Below are positions 52,847 through 64,000 of a DNA stretch of 64,000 nt, piece after piece; the first letter of the stretch is position 1, and every line of letters begins with the position of its first letter. This DNA is from Blastocystis sp. subtype 4. Its lineage: Eukaryota. The position numbers and the translations under genes are program-made. The stretch is taken from positions 1 through 64,000 of the forward strand of contig NW_014569542.1 in NCBI RefSeq assembly GCF_000743755.1, written 5' to 3'. The notes beneath the pieces were generated by a model. It was not told where the DNA came from and ran no database searches. It worked only from the letters and a program-made list of their open reading frames with translations.

Positions 52847-54300
52847 AATGGTATTTGTTGTGTTGAACCATGTTTCGGAGATCCAAAAGATACTGCCATA
52901 ATGTGAATCGATCGATATATGCCTCATATTCATCTGTTGCCTCTTTTTCAAATATGGAAGTTTCTAACTGATGATGAGAATAATAGACCAAATCGAAGCC
53001 AACCGCCATATTATTGTAAACTGCATGTTTTTCGCCTTTTGGTAAGATCTCTAGAACACCAGATTGAGGTAGCATAAACAGGGCTAGTGTCATGATTGGA
53101 CCTGAGACACCAAACAACACATCAATCTTCATAGCTTCTGTAACCAGATCTCGAGTCGTTGTTGCTTTTATCTGATACTTTCGAATAATGGATGCTCCCT
53201 AATTCTCATGCCTTTCCTTAACTCGAACTCGAAGCTTCTTATGAACATAATCGAAAGCGTTCCTATTGATTCGTTGTTCTGGGTAAGACTGATTCAACTG
53301 GGTAACATAATACATTTGAATCGTTTTATCCTGTCGGTAATTCTGGAGATCCAAAATACGGTAGTTTTTGTAGATTGCAGCACGATAGAGATGTGAATCA
53401 TAGACATGCTGAACGAGGCCTGCCATGTCTCCTCGATGAATTGATCCTAATAAAACAAGAGAAGGAAAGAAGATCCATTTCTTGATAGCCTGTTGCGTTA
53501 ATTCTGACTTGTATTTCACTGAAAACGCATGTCCACCTTCTGATCGCATGGATGCAATTACTGGAATGAGGGCTTCTAAGCCTTGCGCTGGTAAGTTATC
53601 TAATGAGGGAAGGAGAAGTGAATGCATCTGCCCTTGAGTCATATGAAATCGTATACTTCTGGGTAGAATTGAGGATACAACTGCGTATTCAGAACAGCAA
53701 AGAGAAGATTCATTGTCAAGAAGGAATCCTGCGAAGGAGGAAGGAGAAGCATCCATGGGTTTGGACCATTCCACTGAAGAGAGGAGCCAGATTCATGTTT
53801 CTTTCCTGTCTCCGTTTTCACAAAAGGGAAGTGCTCTGATATGATTCCAACAATTTGGTCTAACCTTTTACATAATTCAACATATCTGAATCCGAAATGT
53901 CCAGTATTTCATCCTCCGGATTAAAATACACATCTTGCAAAATTGCATAATCCACATCATCATGCGACGCTAGAGTCATTCCAATGACCCTATCAATTCA
54001 AAAGAATATGAATAACACACCCTTTACTTCGTTCCTCAATACACTTCATAGTATTATCATACTCGGATATCCTATACTAATAAACGAATTGGAACGGTTA
54101 CCAATCCTTCGACTTTAACGAAAGTACTCGAGACATGCAAAGAACAGGATCACCTCTCTTCTCAGACTGAATATATGTTTCTTCCTGTGTACTAACGATA
54201 GAGTATGTTACATTCCTAGATATGGGATTTTTACTTGAAGAACTGAAGGAAATTCTGCAAATAATAAAGCATTCATTCTATTACCTATCATGGACATGAT
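52847..54300 (-). CDS. Glycosyltransferase family 61-like (DUF563) protein; stop probably created by polyadenylation
   Basis: IDVLFGVSGPIMTLALFMLPQSGVLEILP...YNNMAVGFDLVY resembles the GT61 C-terminal motif (DvlvGvHGAgltn.lFmpp.s.viEi.P); 5' end uncertain. Confidence 0.55.
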
Positions 54301-54483
54301 GCAATAATTCGATTCCTCCCGTAATAACTGCAGATGTAAATATTCCAAAGAGGAATAAGATGAAATTATTCCACTTTGCTCGCATTTCTTTACAACAAAG
54401 AGGAATAGAAAGCCATGATAATTTCGCATTTGCGATATTTCTCTGGTATTAAAACGATTTGGGATCATCAAATCCTTTTTGAA

Positions 54484-57251
54484 ATGCTACCAAATGTCAG
54501 TCAACTGACGGTTATCATCATTTATAACAATCAGAAGTATGGGCTTCTTCTGCCTGGTTCATCTACAATCCGACAAATCAAAAAGGAGATTATGGTATAT
54601 TATAGTTTATAGTACTCATCATGTAGACTCATCTAGGAATAAAATTAGAGAGTCAAGTGTTGTCATACGAGAGTGTGATTCTAGAGAATGATAAAACGAT
54701 CGCATACTATGGAATTGGAGAAAGAAGTGAGATTCTTCTAATTGAAAATGCATTTCAAGAGCATTTGGTGAATCAAGATGTTGACCTAATTGAACTGGAT
54801 TCTTGGTTGGATTATTTAACAACAGACTACGAAAACTGTTCTCGATTTGTGAGGGATATTGACTACATTGTGAACAAACTACATGAGAATGAGCATAAAC
54901 CGTATGCATTAGAAAGTATCGATCGTGCTATGCAATATGTAAAGAAGTGTGGTGAAAGGGCATTGAAGTTACAGCAGGTTACAGATGAATTATCACAGAA
55001 GTACCGTTATTTGAATTCAGAATGTATCCGTTTCTACCAGGTGATTCGTGCTTCCAAGGATGAACAAATAGCACTGGCTAAAGGTTATTATTATAATGCT
55101 ATCTGATTGGTAGAGATGGATATGCTGAATCTTCATATTGCTCAAGAGGGAGATCTCAATACGCTTCGAATGTCAAGTGCTTCGGTTTCTTCTCGTGTCT
55201 CAACTTCATTACCAACGCCTCAAGCAAGAAACCCAATTGAAGGCTATTTGTGGTCGCTCAATGCTATCTCAAATGACAAAGAGAATCGAGATACTCATGA
55301 AACGATTAGTGATGGTGAGGAAGACACACAGTCACATCTAAATCTTCAAGTACCTTCGCATCCAGCAGCTCGTTCTCGTTTGCGTATTGTGCGTGTGAAT
55401 GATCAAGGAATGATTGTGAAAGGACCTTGTGATAAGCTGGAAGAGGAAGATGAAGAAGAGATTCGACAACGTGAAGAGCTTCGTAAGGAAGTCAGAGAAC
55501 AAATCACATTGCCTCGTCGTTATCCTATTCGAGGAGAGATAAGTAAAGAACAATGTGGATTATTGAAAGAACATACACGAGATGAGGCAATGCAATTATT
55601 AGAGGATTTAGAACATAACACATCCAAGTATGTGAAGATGACTATCCTGGATTTGTCTTGTATCCAATGAGAAAGAATGTAATGAATAGATTGTAGTATT
55701 GGTAATGATGGGTTCATGCGTTTGGTTAATATATTCATGAATAACAAGGAAATACCTCTTCATGAACTTCATCTTGCTGGGAATGCCTTAGGATCCAATC
55801 AAATTATCTACCTCATCAATCAATTGCATTTAGACTCTCTTCGAAAGAGTCTTTCGACTCAAGATGATGATGTCTTTATTTTCCCTTATCTCCGTATTCT
55901 TGATCTGAATGGTAGGAGTATTTTCTTTTCCAATTCTCAGATAATCCTCTTGGAAATGATGGAGTAAAGCAGCTCTTCAAATTATTGGAGCATCATTCTC
56001 TTCCGGAACTTCAGCAACTGTTTCTTATCAGTAATTATTGGTGATGGCCTACAGAATAGATACGAATCTGACCACAGAAGTGACATCCATGCTTATCAAT
56101 GTGAATTTACATGAGAGCAATCGTGTGAATATTGTGATTCCAGAGACGCAAATGGCACAAATGACAGAAGGAGAACGGGAACTAATGCTTCGTTTGTATG
56201 ATAAGATTGAAAAGAAGACATGTGTCATTGATATTGATCGTATTTCTTTGCATGAAAAGTTACAGATAGAACGAGTTTCGGATACTTTCCTTCAATTATT
56301 CTTCTATACAGTGATATCATCTCTGAATGACATGGTTCAGAAGATTACCCTCAAAGAAGTTGATTTCTCTGGAAATTGTTTCTACATATTCTTTACTCTC
56401 CTATCTCGATACGTTCGATATGGACGTTGTAATCATCTTATGAGTATGACTATAACTCGTATTTTTAAAGTATGATTATGATCTGTAGGCTGCCGCTTAT
56501 GTGATGCTCAGATTCCGACGTTATGTGACATGCTTCACTTATTCTCTGAGAAGAATCTCAAAGAATTCTCATTTCTTAATCTTGATGGTAAGAATGAAGT
56601 GGACATCTGAATCGAAGACAACGCCCTTTCTGCTACAGGTCTGAAAACACTGATTTGTACGATCATGGAATGCCGACGCAATAACATGTCTATTGATTTC
56701 TCCATTATTCACAATCCATTAGGTAATTCTGGTATTGAAGAATTACTGACTAATTATTACCTTCATAATTCGGAGTCATTGGATACCTTGAACCTGAATG
56801 GTTGTTCAATGACCGATCTTGGTGTTGAAAAACTACTACAGGTTTTCCAGTCTCTTGATGGAAAGAATACTATATATGCTCTGAATCTGAGTGGTATCAT
56901 TATTGATCTCTCTCCATAACTAGAGAATCACATTTCAGATATGGCAGTACCTTCTCTAACAACTCTATTTAGTTTGTTACCCAATTTGCACAATCTCTAT
57001 TTAGAAAGTGAGAATTCTGGAATGAATTCATTTTCAGACACTGATCTATCTTCTAATGGACTCTATGGAGTGATTAATTACTTTATTTCACACAAGCCGT
57101 CCAATTTCTTGTATGTCTGCATGAGAAGTGGGGTTGGTGGCGGTGATTAAGACTAGACAATAATGTGGATGACGTTGAGCGAGCGAATCTGGAGGAAATG
57201 GTTCGAACGAATTTTGGAGGCGATGAAAATGTCATAATAGAATTACCTTAG
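54484..57251 (+). CDS. Ubiquitin-like domain + ribonuclease-inhibitor-type LRR protein
   Basis: N-terminal Ubl-like STIRQIKKEI...ILENDKTIAYYGI; LRRs LHELHLAGNALG, LRILDLN.NPLGNDGV, LDTLNLNGCSMTDLGV; TAG 57249-57251. Confidence 0.7.
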
Positions 57252-57375
57252 TTGTATTTTGTTTGATCGATAACTGAATTATAAGAAGGTGGATAAAACT
57301 ACCAAGAAAGGAGGGAAAAATACCTCTTAGATTGCCCAAAAGGATGGCGATTTCATTTTCCACACAAATTTGAAA

Positions 57376-58652
57376 TGCCCATTCTGAAAGCACAAAAGGC
57401 TGAAAAGATTTCGACCGACAAACTTGTTGGTGAGACGATGGACATTGTAACCGAAATGTTAGACATCATTGTGTCACGTACAGGTATGGATACAAACGAT
57501 CATGGTATGTGAAAGATGACATCGATCATATGTAGATTTCATTCACACAGGAAATGAATTGAAATATTTCGGTGTTGGACATCAACTCAAGATTTCCAAA
57601 CTCGCAGATACACTGTATTCTACAATGAAAGATGTAATTGTTTTTGTTATGGCAGAGATGGCAAAAGAGAGTGAAGTAGATTATAAATTCCAAGTGCCCA
57701 AACATACTAGTTTTGTTGGTTCTATCGTGAAGGTATACTTCCTTGTTGTTCTCTGATATAGTGTGTGGCAATTGATGTTCTCTCCTCCAATGCCCATTAT
57801 AAAGAATATGTAAACTCTCTCTGCGAAATGACTGGAAAATATGTTTTTGATGTCAATAATGAGACCTTCCGGAGCATTTATCGAGATACGGTATTACGTC
57901 TGGATGAGCGTCATTTCCTCTTTGAAGATGATCCCGAACTCCTCAGTATTCGGTGTTCCATGAAAGGTCTTCCTCAGATGGATGCTCCTGTTTCTCAGTC
58001 GAATCCCTTGGAAGGCATAACCATCTCACCTGAAGATATTATTCCTACTATTCAGAACAACGGGTTCCCACCAATTCCTATTAAAGTCACAGCGCCATCA
58101 ACTCAGACTGAAGAAGATATGGAAATGGTCGTGTTATCGTTGAACTCTAATTCGTAGTTACATTACTTTGAGAAGATCAAAGCAAGTTCTCGCAATCGGA
58201 TCATCTTTCCATATTTGCGTCGACTTTTTGAAACCCATAAATCGGTATGTGTAACACGCAAACGAATCGAAATGAATGCCAGTTATTTGATGCCTGATGA
58301 TGAAATTAAGCAGGCTTTTACACAGAAGTTCAATGAAGTCTATATGGTTGTACTGCATTTTGTAATTGACTCTTAGCATTCCCAAGGACAGTTAAATGCT
58401 TCGGGAGAGATAGTTCGGGGGCATTGTATGTTCTTGACACTATCCTATCTGAAAGAACATTATCCAAAGGATCGTGTAGATATGATGGAGCAGTATTTGA
58501 AGGAGGAGAAATCCTTGAACAGCAAACCTAGAAAGAGATATCTAAAGATGCCTTCTGGAAAACGATCTCGTTTTGATGTACCTTCAGGTGACTACAACAT
58601 GGTTGCTTCTAATGAAATGGTCCAACATGAACCCATTATGCCAATACTTTGA
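57376..58652 (+). CDS. Hypothetical protein, multi-exon
   Basis: Chain of + strand ORFs separated by ~30-nt GT-AG introns from MPILKAQK to EPIMPIL*; no family recognised. Confidence 0.5.
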
Positions 58653-58697
58653 TTCATTTTATTTGGTAGTATTGCTTTCTTTTTGTTTTCAAATTGG

Positions 58698-60005
58698 ATG
58701 TACAATTACTATCCTTCGCTACCTCCTACTGTAGTTTCGGATCGTAATTGTCAGCATTCTCTTTAATCTCTAGAACTGTCAGAATCGGCCATCAGTACTC
58801 AATTCCAACCACCAAAGTATGAAGAGGTATGAGTATTTGAGGATATGCATTTTGAAGACAGTTCCAAATCAATTTCCTAATTTCTATTCGCAAGCAGTAC
58901 GTGTTGAAGATATGAATCATCATATTGGGCCCAATCGTCCATCTCTCTCTCAACCACGTCCTTTGAATCCCAACCTTGATATTCACTTCAATCAAAATCC
59001 GATATTGAATGCAACTCCAAACTTGGATCCCTTTTCGCCTTCAACTCCTATGACGATTCCAAAGAAGGAACCCCAACGATTGTGGACAGAAAACGATTTC
59101 CAGCTTGCTGTTGTACCGTCCTCTTCCTCTTCCTCTTCGTCGTTGATGGAATTGGAGCATAAAGCAGAGAATCAGACAGATCAGTTGAATACCTATGTAG
59201 GACAATGTGGTTTGCCAACACTTGATTTTTCAAAGATGAATTCTCAGAATAAGGATCGCATCGTAACTTCAATTGATGGATTCTATGTAGTATCAAGATT
59301 ATATCTATCAGATTGCAGAGCAATATAGTCATAGAGAGAGTTTAATGAAAAAGATGGCCAAGAAAACCTTGTATACGCAAGATGATAAAGTTTCTAGTGA
59401 TATAGTATTGATTTGACTGTCTCCTCATGAGATATATGATGCTAATACCCAATTGCAACGCATTCTTCGTGAAAATGCTATAACGAGCAAGACAAGTCTT
59501 GTTGACAATATTCAACGAATCGGTCATCGCTTGCGGAAGAGTAGCAAGAAATTACGTGGTTTGGAATTACTCCTTGATCTGATGTGTGTACTAAAGATTG
59601 AATTAATTGTAGTGAAAAGGATTCAACAGAAATTCCATCAGTAGAAGATGTCAGAACAATGGATTCAGAGTATGATAAACGGTTTGAAGAAGATGTGAAG
59701 CGATTAGTCCATATGAAGAAGTACAAGCAGAAATACAAGGAATTACTAGTACAATTCGTTACATTCTTTCTGAATCTAGTATGTCAAGTATAAGGTTGTG
59801 GACATGTTGAATCAGTTGACAGAATCATCCATTGATCAGTTTATAGATTGTGATAAGGTGAAATTCTCTTATTGGATTGTCATCTAGTTATTACCAATCA
59901 TAGAAAAGACTCGAATCCCGATGAAGAGGATTAAGGATATTTTGAAAACAAGGGCATATACTCCCGAATGGAAGATTCGAGCATTGATGGATCTTTTACA
60001 TATAT
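58698..60005 (+). CDS. Hypothetical protein, multi-exon; stop probably created by polyadenylation at 60005
   Basis: MYNYYPSLPP start, Pro/Asn/Ser-rich exon 58819-59328, last exon ...KIRALMDLLHI then in-frame T 60005, 4 nt, TGTTTGTT 60010-60017. Confidence 0.55.
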
Positions 60006-60009
60006 ACCT

Positions 60010-60017
60010 TGTTTGTT
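60010..60017 (+). terminator. TGTTTGTT downstream polyadenylation element (58698 gene)
   Basis: Exact motif 4 nt after in-frame T at 60005. Confidence 0.8.
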
Positions 60018-60140
60018 TCTGGATTCCAAATGTATGTGTCTTTTTTCCGTATGTGCAAATTATCGTTCATTTCTTCGAACTACAGCATTTCTCATTTTTT
60101 GAGACGATCTTTCACTTACATACATTGAATATACGAAAAT

Positions 60141-62799
60141 ATGGTAGATATCGAATGAATATGTCATAATCGTGTAGCCTCTTCAACTTGAGATCCAAGT
60201 ATCTGTTTCTTATTGTACGATAGAGTGTAGAAGCTCCTGGTCAATCACTCCGATCGAGTGAAGTGCGTTGACATGCATTCAACTGAACCTTGGGTATTGA
60301 CTTCTCTGTTTTCGGGAAAGGTGTACATCTGGAACTACAATACTGGGGATGTAGTTCGTCAGTGGGATGTCGCAAGCGTTCCAATTCGCGCTTGTAAGTT
60401 TGTGGAACGGAAACAATGGGTTGTTTTAGGATGTGACGATCTAAAAATCCGTGTTTATAACTTTAATACAGCAGAGAAGGTAGGGATATGGGGAAGTGAT
60501 CACTCTAGGTGACAGAATTTGATGCACATTCAGATTACATTCGTTGCATCGATATTCATCCAACGGAACCACTTATGTTGACTTGTGGAGATGATATGAG
60601 TATTAAGCTTTGGAATTGGGATCAGGACTGGAAGAACATCCGCGTATTATTTGGTGATCACTATTGATGAACTAGACATATGAAGGCCATTCTCATTACG
60701 TGATGCAAGTCAAGTTCAACCCAAAAGACAGTAACACATTTGCATCCTGTTCTCTGGACAACACAATCAAAGTATGGGGTTTGAACTCGACATCTCCCTA
60801 TTTCTCACTAAATGAGCATAAGATGGGTGTGAATTGTATTGATTACAGTATTGCAAGCGACAAGCCATACCTCATGTCTGGGTCGGATGATAAAGTATGC
60901 ATGATAGGCATCATTTCTCTCTAGACAATTCGTATCTGGGATTATCAAACGAAAACCTGTATTCAGACTCTTGAGGGCCATACAGAGAATGTTACGAGTG
61001 TGCTGTTCCACCCTAAACTCCCGATCATTGTAACAGGAAGTGAAGATGGAACAGTTCGGATTTGGCACAGTGTGACATATAAGTGAGAATGGTAATATGG
61101 AGTTAGGAATAGATGTGAAATGACATTGAATTATGGAAGTGGTCGTGTATGGTGTATTCAAGGTGCTGATAATAGTAGCAAGGTAAAATAGAATGAATTA
61201 TGATGAAATATAGCTTGGTATCGGATTTGATGAAGGCTGCACAGTAATTCAACTTGGATCAGAAGCTCCAATCATGTCACTAGATTCGAATGGTCATTTG
61301 GTTCTTTGTGATAATGGAGATATTCGTACAGCCATTCTCCAGAATCTTCATTGTGATGAAGAGAAGGAATTGAGTGTAACTTACAAGGATTTGGGTCGTT
61401 CTGAACTCTTTCCCCAGTCTCTAACTCATAATAACAATGGGCGATTTATGCTCCTTTATGGTGATGGTGAATACTCAATATCTACAACACGTGTTCTTCG
61501 TAGTAAGTGTTATGGTTCTGCTATCGAGGCTGTCTGGTCTGCTGATGGCAATGGTGACTTTGCTATTAAGGAGGTACCCTTTATTTAGGACTATCAAATA
61601 GACCACTACCAAATTGAAATTATTCTCAAATTTCAAGGAAACAGTCACTATCGCCACTCCATTCCCAGTTGAGAAACTCTTTGGAGGTAAGATGCTCGGA
61701 GCTCGTGGTTCTAATTTCCTTGTTTTTTATTCCTGGCAGTCAGGAGATGTGATTAAAAAGATTGATGTGACTCCAAATGTAAGTCAAGGATATGCGATTT
61801 CATGTCTAGAATGTGTTCTGGTCTGAAGATGGTTCATTGGTAGCAATCACAACAACAGATGGATTTTATGTGTTATCAGTGAAAGAAGAGGAAGATGGCT
61901 TTGATTTCGAGCTGCTTCATGAATTAGGAGATGTTGTAATTAGTGGATGTTGGTTTGGCTCATGCTTCATCTACAATACAGAGAAAGGTGTGAAATATTA
62001 TGTTGGAGGAGAACTTATCATTGTTAAACATATGTCTTCTCGTATGCATGTACTGGGTTATCTAGAACGAGAGAATGCAGTAATTGTTGTTGATAAGGAT
62101 GTCAGAATGGATTGATGGAATGATTTCTAGAAGAATGTTATGGCTATTCCATTGGACCAGTATCTCTTGAAGTATCAAACTGCTGTTCTTGCTGGTGACT
62201 TTGATATGGCCAATAACATCTTACCGCAAATCGGATCCCGTGAGTTAGAGAAGTTATCACTCTTCCTTCAGGGCCAAGGGTATCTGGAGGAGGCTATTAA
62301 GGTGACAAAGGACCCTATGCGTAAACTCGATTTAGCAATTTCGTTGGAGGATGTTCAGCAAGCGATGGATTTGTTGGATACTCAGGGTAATGACAATGAG
62401 TCCACAAAGTACTGGTCACAGCTTGGAGAGATTTGCTTAAAGAAGGGTGATATGAAGACTGCTCTAACCTGTATTGAAAAGGCAAGAGATTTCAGTACAA
62501 TGCTGATGTTGGCATCATGCTACAGTGATCCTCAGTTGATGGATCGAGTTGAGATGCTGGCACGAGAAGCCCAGTGGGGTAATGTCGCATTTATGGCTGC
62601 TTTTATGCAGAAGGACCTTGATGGATGTATGGATATTTTGACGAAGGAGAAGCGTTATCCCGAAGTTGGTATTTGGGGAGGTTGTGACACATAGGCTGCT
62701 TTCTTCGCAAATAGTTATTGCCCCGAACGACTGGAAGAAGCTATGAACAAGTGGAAAGAGGAAACACGGCATTTGGAGAGTGATAAGATGATGAATTAA
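60141..62799 (+). CDS. COPB2: Coatomer subunit beta' (COPB2/Sec27)
   Basis: [31 protein letters not shown]40 repeats [36 protein letters not shown]; alpha-solenoid LKYQTAVL...YPEAAFFA; TAA 62797-62799. Confidence 0.96.
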
Positions 62800-62879
62800 C
62801 TTGTGTGTTATTGTTTGTTTGATGGATGGGATCCCACAGATTTGAGAACTCTAGAATTCAGTACAAAAACGTTACAAGA

Positions 62880-63478
62880 ATGGCTGCGCAAGAAGAATCT
62901 GCAATAATTAGGCTTGTGAGTTGCGATAACAAGGAGTTCGAAGTCCCACAGAGAGTTGCTTTCATGTCCGAACTAGTGAAGCAGATGTGTACCGTGAGCA
63001 GTGAATTCTCTAAAGAGATTGTGATTCCTGATGTTACGGGGGACATTCTTAAGAGGGTCATTGATTTCTGTTTGGTTTTGTTTTCCTTTTAACAAGTAGG
63101 CACATACCATGTTGACAATCCGATGAAGGAGATTGAAAAGCCACTGAAAAGTGACAACATGGCTGAGAATGTTGGTGTTTGGGATGCCGAATTTATTGAC
63201 CTGGATGATGCAACACTGTATAAGCTTGTTACAGCAGCCAACTATTTGATGATTCAGTCCTTGTTAGATTTAGCATATCCTATAACTGATCGTTTTCGTG
63301 TTCCTTCATTTAGACATGTGCTAAGATCGCTTCGTATATCAAAGGAAAGAAAACACAGGAGATTCGCGAGCGTTTCCATATCCAAAGTGATTTCACACCA
63401 GAAGAAGAGGAAAGAGTATTTATTGTCGGATTGTGGGACTGTAGATACGACAAGATAACAAATGGGCTGATGAACTGT
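62880..63478 (+). CDS. SKP1: S-phase kinase-associated protein 1 (SCF adaptor); stop possibly created by polyadenylation at 63478
   Basis: IRLVSCDNKEFEV, IPDVTGDILKRVIDFC, WDAEFIDLDDATLYKLVTAANYL, LLDL/TCAKIASYIKGKKTQEIRERFHIQSDFTPEEE, IRQDNKWADEL. Confidence 0.95.
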
Positions 63479-63500
63479 TCTGTGTTTTCTACAAACAATC

Positions 63501-64000
63501 CTAATCACGTCTTCCATAGATCTCAAAGAGATCCTTTACATCAATCGACGATATTTGCTTCCAGCCCTCCGGTTTTATTAGATATACTATACATCAGACC
63601 CTTTCTACTCTCTCACAATTATTAATTCCTCCACTCATTGCATCACGGTGTGTTGCATGGAAGATGGCTCTTTTACCAAGATCAATAGCTTCTTCATCTA
63701 CTTGTCATTACCCTTTCATGTATCTACCAGTCATATCCCAATGATACAATTGATCCAATACACCATAGGCATAAGAACTTCCGGATCCAACTGAGAAGTA
63801 GGATCGTCGTTCATCTGCCTTCAGTCGAGTTCCATCATTGTCAACATAATAAATCTGAGGCCCAGTCTTATCCCAACCGCAAATCATGGTTCCCACACTC
63901 AAACCATAATCCTTGTAATGGTACAAAAAATCAACAAGAATCTTGCTGGCGCCAGCCACAGAGATGCGCTCACCATTTCGGAGTTCATATAACCTGCATC
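63501..64000 (-). CDS. PSMB5: 20S proteasome beta-5 subunit, 3' part (gene starts beyond window end)
   Basis: [10 protein letters not shown]...[28 protein letters not shown]...[32 protein letters not shown] 63503-63501. Confidence 0.95.

Noticed and set aside
1976..64000. Clustering of ubiquitin-proteasome genes (F-box, UFD2, UBR, Ubl-LRR, SKP1, PSMB5)
   Set aside because: Large functional class scattered over 62 kb among unrelated genes; enrichment cannot be shown without the genome background
1..64000. Alternative genetic code or mass pseudogenisation suggested by fragmented ORFs
   Set aside because: Breaks are resolved by ~30-nt GT-AG introns under the standard code

Overview
Gene-dense eukaryotic nuclear DNA with about 27 protein-coding genes, many ~26-35 nt GT-AG introns and intergenic gaps often under 100 bp. 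A TGTTTGTT-type octamer recurs just after gene ends, which points to the stramenopile gut protist Blastocystis (inferred from architecture, not from a database match). Recognisable genes include CCT6, FCF1, ASF1, UFD2/UBE4, a PH-domain CaMK-type kinase, legumain, DUF1764, a degenerate PRPP synthetase, CD2BP2/LIN1, syntaxin-18-like, ABHD17-like, HEATR3/Syo1, a UBR-box E3, a giant coiled-coil protein, a SCYL-like pseudokinase, FARSB, a GT61-like protein, COPB2, SKP1 and PSMB5. The main signal is the 3'-end system. At least four genes appear to get their stop codon from polyadenylation (in-frame T, 4 nt, then the motif), and nine more place the predicted cleavage site inside their genomic stop, giving zero-length 3' UTRs. 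A compositionally distinct island (~19.1-24.3 kb) encodes a degenerate Hsp70/MORN-like/LRR-like chimera whose frameshift a cryptic intron could repair. Gene models were hand-spliced, so boundaries of the unknown genes are approximate.
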